From the NCBI GenBank assembly GCA_026026165.1, contig JAPEUD010000079.1:62001-103462 (forward strand): a DNA stretch of 41,462 bases, in the 5' to 3' direction. The translations under genes and the position numbers were made by a program. Shown here in pieces: positions 12,262 to 20,933 of the stretch. The notes below the pieces were generated by a model. That model did no database searches and had not been told where the DNA came from. It saw only the letters and a list, made by a program, of their open reading frames with translations. The DNA is from Sarea resinae. Lineage: Eukaryota. How positions within the stretch are numbered: position 1 is the stretch's first letter; each line of letters opens with the position of its first letter.

Positions 12262-14430
12262 TGAAGACGAAGACGAGGCATCCGCATATCCGACACCTTC
12301 CTTCTGACCGGGAAACACAAGCGACAGGACAACGGCAATGACGCCGCCGCCAGCCCAGCTGGCCAGATTGCCCGCCATGGCATTGGTCACGTCGCCGGTC
12401 GACGAGACGGTGATGGCGCCGCTGCGTTGACTCGTGCACACGAACCAGGCAATCAGCCCGACCGCGAGCCCGACCCACGGCGTCGCGATCGTCGAGACGC
12501 GCGACATGCGCGGCCAGAGGAGCACGAGGCCCGCCGGGAACGAGGCCCCGCCTACAATCACCCCCTGCACGGTCAGCAGCCAGGTGAGGTCGACCGAGAC
12601 CGCATTCAGCAGACTGCAGAAGGCGGCCAGAACCAGCGCGTAGAGCAGGATCGAGTGGTGCGATATCAGCAGCAGTCGGCGCGGTGAGGGCGGTTGGTCC
12701 GTGATCGACGACGGGAGGAAAGGGTGGATGTAGGGCGTGTAAATGTCGAATGTCAGGAGTGTCGATACTGCTATCAGTTCTGCGGATGTCGAGGATGTCA
12801 CAGCCATCTATATGGAAACAGTGAGCTGGCCAGATACGGAATGGCAATGGATGGGCTTGAGCACGTACAAAGAGCAGCAGCAGCATTAGTACCGCGCCGC
12901 CTTTTCCTAGGAGCGCAATGGCAGATGCAGGGGCCGAGAGTCCGGCTCCTGTTTGGGCGTCTGAGAGAGGGTTTGGATAGGTGGGAAAAGAGGGGGTTAA
13001 TGTCAAAGCCGCGCAGCCCAGGCCCATGGCAGACGCAAATCCGAAAGGAATCTATCGTGCGCGGCATGTCAGCCGAACAATTCCTTGTGCTAGTTGAACG
13101 AGAAAAATACTCACGCCGTACCAGGCTACACCGCCTAGGAGATACGCCTTCACGCTCGTTTCGGGCCGTGAGGCAATGGCACGTTGCCAGTAGGCTTGGT
13201 CCAACCAGACGGTTGCGAAGCCAGAAACCAAGAGATCTGGAGAGATTCAGTATATAGAGCCAAAGGAACGGAGCAGAAGACTCACCGACTGCGAAGATCA
13301 GTCCATCATTAGACTTGAATGTCAGATAAGAGCCCTTGTGATTAGTGGCGATGGGCATCTTCTCCGACGCTTCTTTGAGCAGATCATAGAGTTTGTCTAT
13401 GCTTTGCGAGCGTCAAAATCTGCGGGAGCCTGTTGTATGCTTGGAAGACTCACCTGCCAATGGTGTTGCTCGTCGCATACAAGACAAAGCCAAAGACAAA
13501 TATAGAAATAAAGAGAATTACGGTATGGGCATAGTCTGCAATGAAGGTGCTTCTCAAACCCCCAACGATGACATAGGCGGATACAACAAGGGGTATCTGC
13601 GATTATCTTAGTACATCAACAAACAACAGGAGCCTGAACCCACCAAAAAACAAGCTGCATAAACATTCATCCCTGACATCGCCGATACCACCTGGCTGCC
13701 TCCAAGCACGAGACAAGCCCCGACCAGCAGGTTCGTCGCCAATCCCATGAACAGATATGTGACGTGGGCGATTCGGCCATGACGCACCCGTATCATCTCA
13801 GGGAATGTGTGAGCGTCTGGGGCGTTGGCCTTGACTTTGATTGCGATGAGGGAGAAAATGAGGATTTGAAACGCTGTATTTTATATAAGCACAGTCTGGA
13901 GACGAAGTTCACTGGCGCAAAACTTACTCCCATTCGCCGCATACCACATTGGCCCTGTCTTTGTTAGTACATTCGTTGAACTTCGTTTATCACTCATCCC
14001 GTACCAGAAACGCCATATTGATAGGCTAGAAGATATTAGCCCAGGATCAAGTGTCTGCGCCAGGGAAGCTTGCCAAATGTGCTCGAGGTGAGCAACGTCG
14101 CACTCCACGTCCATGAACTGGCTTCAGTTATAGCGATGTCCTTGAAAGCTACTGGACGATATTGTCATATACGCACCTCACGATACCCGCAGCAATCAAT
14201 CCTGGCTTGACACTCCTCGAAGCTGTATTGAACCTGTAGCCGATTAGCAGCGGTCCTCAACTTCTAGTATCCTAAACGTACTCTTCTGATTGATGAGTCG
14301 AAAACGCCGTATACCGATTCTGGAGATAAGTAATGCCCAGCATCATGAGAGCGAAGAAGCCTCCAATACCAATGACGATCCCATAGCCTGCACCGGGCGG
14401 TAACACTTGGATGCCATCCTGGGCTGTCAT
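11232..14430 (-). CDS. DUR3: Urea/polyamine active transporter, sodium:solute symporter family (DUR3-like), about 752 aa, 12 exons
   Basis: Exons 14430-14282, 14233-14177, 14117-14074, 14025-14005, 13954-13928, 13873-13644, 13596-13454, 13401-13286, 13236-13115, 13051-12869, 12807-11944, 11534-11232 (2259 nt). Motifs include [102 protein letters not shown] and YPVYESR. It may be a DUR3 paralogue rather than the orthologue. Confidence 0.92.
12211..12276 (-). repeat. (TCG)n trinucleotide tract encoding a 22-residue poly-Ser insertion in the DUR3-like protein
   Basis: (GAC)16 at 12212-12259 on the + strand plus degenerate flanks; read in frame as Ser codons on the - strand. Confidence 0.92.
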
Positions 14431-14539
14431 GGCTACGTTGCCGCGATGTTGCTGTGGCCCGTCGGCGATTGCTCCACTGCAATTCAAGGCGGAGAGGTGA
14501 GTGAGGTTATGGGCACGAAATCAGGATCATGACGCGTGG

Positions 14540-14704
14540 AGATAGTGCCACACACTCTAGAAAAATGAAGTTCGGAGTTTGCGATTGGAAATAGATTACT
14601 ATGACCTAGACTATCGGCGCATTATCTGCTATCAGCATCCCGGTCGAAATGGTGCAACCACGTAATCCCAGGCAACACATGGGCGTTGACAGAAGAACGG
14701 ATAA
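14540..14704. promoter_or_regulatory. Cluster of GATA elements upstream of the DUR3-like gene (candidate AreA/NIT2 nitrogen-regulation sites)
   Basis: AGATAG at 14540-14545, CTATCG at 14611-14616, TTATCT at 14622-14627, CTATCA at 14629-14634 and GGATAA at 14699-14704, all 110-275 nt upstream of the ATG at 14430. Urea transporters are established targets of GATA-factor nitrogen control. Confidence 0.6.
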
Positions 14705-16127
14705 ACGGGGTACGAGCATGTCGAGCTAGAACATCTCATATTGATCTCCTCTCATGGATCTCAGGACCATTGAATCCCATCGACCCCAATTCTACCCCTC
14801 CCGTTCGCCATCATCTTGACTCACAGGTCGAAGTCTGGAGCCTGGCTTGGATCTGGCTAAAGCAATCACTCAGGCCACCAATGGGGCCACCTTTTGGCGG
14901 ACGAGATGGTGGAGGGCCCCATGCTAGATGCTACTATATGGTAGATACTAGCCTCTGGCGCCTGGCGGTTTCTCGGTTGTATTGCGATTAATTGAGGGAA
15001 GAATGTTCGAAGAAGAATGGAAAAGGGTCTGTTGGCGTGGGATCCGGCGCGAAACTAGGGATCCAAGTTGACTAAGCCGAGGAAGAATCGCGACATTTGA
15101 TCTACTTCACGATCCCAAGTGCCGGGGACCGAATGACACATGGAAGCAACCTCAGGTACTCTGTATACAATGATGAACACTCGGCATGCTGGACCGGAAG
15201 TGTGCGTAATGCTTTCAATAATCTCCACGACAAATGTCCGAAAAGATATCCCCAGTCCCAGGCCCATCATCGATTCAGACCCGAAAAAGCAAGAATGATC
15301 GTCCCCAGACGAACGAAAAAGAGAAAAGTGCATCGATAAGATAAGAGTCCGAGAGTCATTCTACTATTAGCCTCTTCATCCTCGACTAGTGATTACCTTG
15401 TTCGGAGTAGTATGCGTCCGTGAATCAATGATCCATGCTCTCGGCTCAGCACCCACAGCATAGCATAGCACGATGTTTGGTTGCCAAGGCATTTATTGTT
15501 ATCGTCTAGGCTTGCTTCGCAGAAAATCAAGGAATCAAGTGAATAGCAAATCAACAAACAAAAAGCAAAAGGAGATACTGGAAATTCAAGAACTATCTGA
15601 AACCGCAAATTGTCGTGCCGACCAGCTGATAGATATCTTCATCCCTCATGGAAGGTTAAATTAAGTCCAAGGAGCGAACAGCTTGGGCTTGAGCTGGAGG
15701 TCAGTAATGGCTTTCAAGAAATAACAAGCAAGCGCAGCAAATTAGGAGACATATATTAGGGCAGAAAACTAGCAGCAGGATTGGCAGAAATCGAGAAAAT
15801 CAAAGAGGTTGGGGATATAATCGCCAGTGATGCAAAAGAGTGAGTGACGATGTAGACGTCTATGTCTTTTGGCGAGATGCCCTTGAGATAGTGGTGACTT
15901 GGCTTCGTAAAGAAGTAATGTTGGGCCCGAAGGCGTAGTGTTGCTGGGTAAATAATCTGCAAATTGGGGGCTTTCGAGGCTGAACTCTGCTGGCTAGCGT
16001 GCAAAAAGTGTCAAATGGTAGACATGTTTTGTCGAAGAAAATTGAAGAGCAAGAAATCCGGTCTAATTGAATGATGCAGGAGAAGTCGATTTGTTGAGAA
16101 GTTCCTTGCAATGAGTGACCGAAGAGA

Positions 16128-19100
16128 CTACAAAGTCTCTGAAGGTCCAGTACCACTCGGAGGGGATTGAGGACCAGCAGAGCTCAGCGGCGCTGTGGCC
16201 GGGTTCTCGCCATCGTAGATGCCCTCGTCCGGCTTGACTTCGTACCGTGGTACATTGTCTTTAGCCAGGGAAGCTGGGTCAATATAGCGGCATGTAAGAG
16301 CAAAACGCAGTAAGCCCTCGGGAACGACAGCGTGCTAGGAATGTCAGCTGCAGCACGATTCAGATCACAGAGCAGGACTTACTTCATAATATTTCTGGAT
16401 GTCTGCTCCGTGCATGATGACAATGTCTCCGTGATTGAGTTCGATTGTCACGGCAGCTGGACCATGCTTAGATTTGATCTTGAAGGCACTGACAATGGAC
16501 TTCCCCTTTGCATCCCGACCCTCAGGTGAGGTCGCGACCCACTTCTCATATTCCGCCTTCCTCTCCTCATATCTACAACATCCGGGGACAGGCTTCTCGG
16601 CGACATATTTCGATTTGAAGTGCCCACAGAAGTGCTTGGCTTTCATGCGGAGGGTCATTTTCGCAGGACAGCCGACCGACAGTGTAGCTATGGTAGGCCC
16701 GAGGCCCTTCTCACCATCGTCGTGAAACTATGCACTATTGTAAGCTAAGTCGCGTCGGAATACCAAGAGAATACTCACAGAAATTGATTGGTCTTGAAAA
16801 TATCCAAGAGTGAGGAGCTCGTTGAATTCCTGGTGTGTTTTGCCCAGGTCGCCAGCCACGTATCGACCAGCCCAATTCATACGCGTTCGAGCAAGAAGAA
16901 CAGCACGGCATGCATCTTCAAAGCTACGCGAATCCACTTTAGAGACAAATTTATATGGCATACCCTGAGATCTGTTAGCATCAGCTTTCGGTTTGGGGCA
17001 TAGGGCTCACAAAGTTTGCGAGAAATTGCCGGCCGAGAAAAGGTCCAGGGACTGAGGAGGCGTCAGTGAGAAGCTTTATTAGAATCAGAGACGCTTACCC
17101 TTGCTCTGCGTAAGGCATCTTGATAGTCCGAGGTCCGCTTGTTGCAAGTCGTTCCACATTTCATCTGCGCTTCCAGCTTGCTCATTGATCGCCTTGTTCG
17201 CCACGAAATGATAAAGGAATCCACATTCAGGAACTTCATGTCGATAGATGAGCCATTGCTTAGCATGGTAGGTTTTTGTGGCTATGTTCGCACCGACTGC
17301 GTAGTTCGGGAGCCGGAAGCCCCAACCAAAAGGAGACTGTGGATCGGACAAAGCCCGGAGTGGCAAGATATTGTGAGTAACCTGACGTGTGTAGTGGCAC
17401 CCCACAGTGAGACATTGCCAGTAGCTCCACTTGATGCGACTATTGCAACGGCCGCACTGTGGACAAACAAAGCCTTTCCAGGCAGCTCGAGATACGTTAT
17501 GTCCGAACTCGACCTGAGGGTCTTCGTGAAATATACTTGGCTGTAGTTGGTAACACGTCGCCATGGTCGGGTTGGTACGGCGCTGCTTGAGAAAACGAAG
17601 GTCGTAAGACAGCTCACCAGGCGTCGCCCAACCATCCATCTTCCAAAACGCCTTGCACTTATGATTCAGACACATCCACCCTTGATTGTAGACCTGAGGG
17701 CATGACTGATGGCACAAATAGCACTCATTCTCAACCGGATCCGGATACTGTGCTGGAAGAGGCTGGAGTCCAGGGTCTGCCGGGCTCCACCAACTTGGTT
17801 CATTCTGCAATACCTTTTCGAAGCGGTATTTGAAGATTGTGTTCCGCCCCTCTTTCTCAGCCCACATATTGGCGACTTTGAATAGAGCGAGGACGTTGTA
17901 CTTGTGTGGGACAGCGCTGGGGCATTTTCGGTTCCCATCACCTAGAAGCAACGATACATTAGGTTTCATAAAAAACTTCGCGACATGAAGATTGCTTACC
18001 AACGATGATGACCAACGGGACGTCACGCTCCATGTTCATCCGAACGGCTTTATATTGGGCGGCGGCATCCGTCTGGTCCTTTTCAAAGACCATTTCATGT
18101 GAGTTCTCCACTTTCGTCATGCCTCCGCCCCTGTGAGCTGTTAGCTTAAGAGCCATCATCCGTAGAAGTGAGATCCTACGCTCTGGTAATAACGACCCAT
18201 CCATCCATGAAGTCTCTAATATGGGTCTCCTTATCGAGAAGAAACCCAAAAACAAACCCATCTTTATAATATGATCCGCTCTGGTGGGATTTGAAGTAAT
18301 TGATCGATTCACAGAGCGCTTGACGAGCCTGCCCGAGGTGTTTGTTAGCCATGTCTCTGCTCTCGGATTTTGTGAAGCTTGCCTCTGCCCATATCTTTGG
18401 CTGTCCCTGTGGTGGAGGTTTTGGATGGGCGAGATTGGTGAAGCGCTCTGGCACGGCGTATTGAGGGTCAAGCGGCATGAGCCACTTATTCTCCACCATT
18501 GAGACTCTTATTCGCCGCTTAAGTGCTTGCCCTTCATCTTGGGAGAAATGAGAGCTCAGGGATGCTAACGCCTCGACAGATGCTGACGAAGGCATGTATT
18601 CGGGATCGTCGGCGAGTCTCATCATCAAGCGACTGCCCGACTCTCCATCACACGCAACACTGTTCACTTCACAATTGTGGCAAACATTGCCCCGGTCGCA
18701 CGAAATGTGGCTCGAAGCACAGCTAATCCGATTCAGCATTTATCAAAAGCAGAGATTCAGAGACTATATCAGACCTTGTGCACGGTCGAGGGACCCAGAG
18801 CTCCCCAGCGACCAGTCGGATCATAGAGACGTCGTAGTTTTCAGCCAGTCGTGAGAGGAATTCATTATCAACTTTCTGAGATGCCAAGGACGCCTCTTCC
18901 ATAGTGCAATGTACTGCTGAGGCCAAAATGTTTTCAGCGACATCCATAGGCTCTGGTCCTAAGGAGTGAGTGTCAGATTGCTAACGGTAACCTTCAGTGA
19001 AGGGCAAAATTTACCATGTTCACGTTCTCTTGTCACCTTCTGACGTTTTGCAACGGTGTCTGCACTATGGGAGACATCATAGCCTTGATCCTCACGTTCA

Positions 19101-19445
19101 TGTTTATTTGAGCCGGTCAATGTTGAATCAATACCGGATGATGCCTAAGGGGGAAGTTAGCGCGGGCAACCGTGTTATGAACTGAGCTTGTGCTGTTGAC
19201 TGAAATGAGACAACCTGAATAGATAGCCAAGTCGGATATGCTACCGCATTAAAGAATCGTACGGAAAAGAGTTGTCCAATTCGAGAAAGATGAGCTCTCT
19301 GCAGACTTACAAGTGTGACTGTGCCGACTGGTTCATCTTGAGATGCTGGCTGTGAGCGCGGCTTTGCCTTGATATTGCGTTTCTTGCCTTGAGCTTTGGG
19401 AGCGGGGTCAGTCTTCATTTTCTTCGTACGCGAGCCTTTCGCCAT
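16128..19445 (-). CDS. Fungal AlkB-family 2-oxoglutarate/Fe(II) dioxygenase with an N-terminal Zn2Cys6-like motif, probable SRA-like region and Cys4 motifs, about 896 aa, 11 exons
   Basis: Exons 19445-19311, 19144-19015, 18958-18775, 18722-18383, 18328-18180, 18130-18000, 17941-17099, 17051-17011, 16964-16779, 16727-16383, 16334-16128 (2691 nt). Catalytic signature: FNELLTLGY..FHDDGEKGLGPTIATLSVG (HxD), LNHGDIVIMHG, YYEHAVVPEGLLRFALTCR (distal His and RxxxxxR). The C-terminal exons are well supported; the first three exons and the true start are less certain. Confidence 0.85.
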
Positions 19446-19970
19446 TGTGTGGCCTTGCAAAGCTGCGAGATCTGAGGTAGCAAAGCTTTTGCTGAAGAGA
19501 GGAAGATGTGTCTTGGCAGTAGATAGAAGACACTCAGAGGAAAAGCCTAGGTGTTAAAGTATGGTTTCAAAGAGATAAGAGTTGGTGCTAAAGAGAGCTT
19601 GGGGGAGCTAAGGTATGAATGGGGAAGCTAATGTATGAGAATTATAGAGGAGTTAAAACGGCAACGGAGGTCTAGCAACGCTGTATCAAGACAGCGAAGC
19701 TGATCGTTGGAGTAGATCTTGCTCGAGATAATGGAGGGTGCCGATGTTGAGAATGTAGAAAGTAAAACGGGCTTGCAAAAGCTTCGAGATGTTCAGTCCG
19801 TAAGCAAAGCAGATGAATTGAGGATTATCGTGATATGTAGAAGGAAGTGAGAGTTACTATGAGTGAGAGCAGCTGCAGAACTTATAGAAGTGGGAGACCG
19901 TGAATGGCGGCAACATCCGGTTCTGCCTTTGACAACTTGGACATGCCTCCTTTCTGGAAAGAGCAACAAT

Positions 19971-20933
19971 TCACTCTCTGAAGCCATTTGAAGATCCGTA
20001 GTTGCTTATTTCAGGGGGCCAGAACAAGGAAAGGAAGACGAACAAAATGACAGGAGATATTGAATACCAAGGGACGGAAGATATCAAACGCGAAGAAGAG
20101 TGCCCGTGGTACTCACAACGAGACTTGCGCTGTTTTTTGCTTGAACTTTTTGCCTTTGGCGGAAATACTGGCTTGTGCCTTGCAGGAGCCGGTAGCTTGC
20201 ACTGCAAGGAAGGCGCAGAGTTGGGTTTTGCCAGAGCAGAATTGACTGCAGGAGGCAGATCGTCAAGGGAATTTTTGGTGGCAGTGCGTAGGGCATGGCG
20301 CTCCGAGAACCTTTCTGGTAGTTGGAGCTCTGCAGCCTGGGCCAGTCTGATGCTCTCGCCTTTCTTTGAACGCTTCCGGGGCCACGTTGTGGTCGGCTTC
20401 ACTTTAATGATTTCATTTGGCTCATTCGCAATCTGGGTGCTACTTGTACTGCCTGGAGAGCTATGAGGAGACTCCATTTCAGCATCATTGAGGTCGAAGA
20501 CGGACGAAGTGAAAGTCGATAGTGGCGAAGATGGTGGATCCTCTGAAGAGCAAGCACCCTGGTCGCCGTTTGGCCTGTCTGGTCTCGTTTCCGGATTCGA
20601 ATTCGATACCGGCAAAGTCTCCTCGTGTGAGTTCATTGAAGCTGCTGCCGCCTCCAGTCGAGGCAGAGAAGGCCGTAAGGATGGGCTTTCTGGAAGGGTA
20701 CGTGGCTTGCCGTATTCTCTCTGCGAGTCAATCCGACCTTCAGGACCAAGGGACAGAGGTCTCAATGCCTTGAACAGCTGATGAGTATTTGGAGGCACTG
20801 AAGAAGAAGGACGAGATGGGGGTACAGAAGAATTTGGAGAAGATGGACAAGAAGTCAAAGGACAGGAGTATGTGATGGATGTCGTCGTCGTAAGGTTAGC
20901 CACTGGTACAGTGGGGTCCCCCCCGTTCTCCAT
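19971..20933 (-). CDS. Ser/Pro-rich, probably disordered ORF; either an upstream exon of the AlkB-family gene or a separate hypothetical gene
   Basis: 320-codon ORF on the same strand as the AlkB gene, with basic clusters PRKRSKK and KKQRKSR. A strong donor T|GTGAGT lies at 20116, after which the sequence turns pyrimidine-rich and intron-like. No family recognised. Confidence 0.55.
   Translation of the reverse strand: MENGGDPTVPVANLTTTTSITYSCPLTSCPSSPNSSVPPSRPSSSVPPNTHQLFKALRPLSLGPEGRIDSQREYGKPRTLPESPSLRPSLPRLEAAAASMNSHEETLPVSNSNPETRPDRPNGDQGACSSEDPPSSPLSTFTSSVFDLNDAEMESPHSSPGSTSSTQIANEPNEIIKVKPTTTWPRKRSKKGESIRLAQAAELQLPERFSERHALRTATKNSLDDLPPAVNSALAKPNSAPSLQCKLPAPARHKPVFPPKAKSSSKKQRKSRCEYHGHSSSRLISSVPWYSISPVILFVFLSLFWPPEISNYGSSNGFRE

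Noticed and set aside
11242..12807. 521-aa ORF as an independent gene
   Set aside because: It is DUR3 exon 11 read through a stop-free pyrimidine-rich intron. Splicing 11943-11535 restores the expected final transmembrane segments and the YPVYESR motif.
15165..15245. Possible C/D-box snoRNA (ATGATGA at about 15169)
   Set aside because: No canonical CTGA box D at a suitable distance, no terminal stem and no recognisable rRNA guide sequence.
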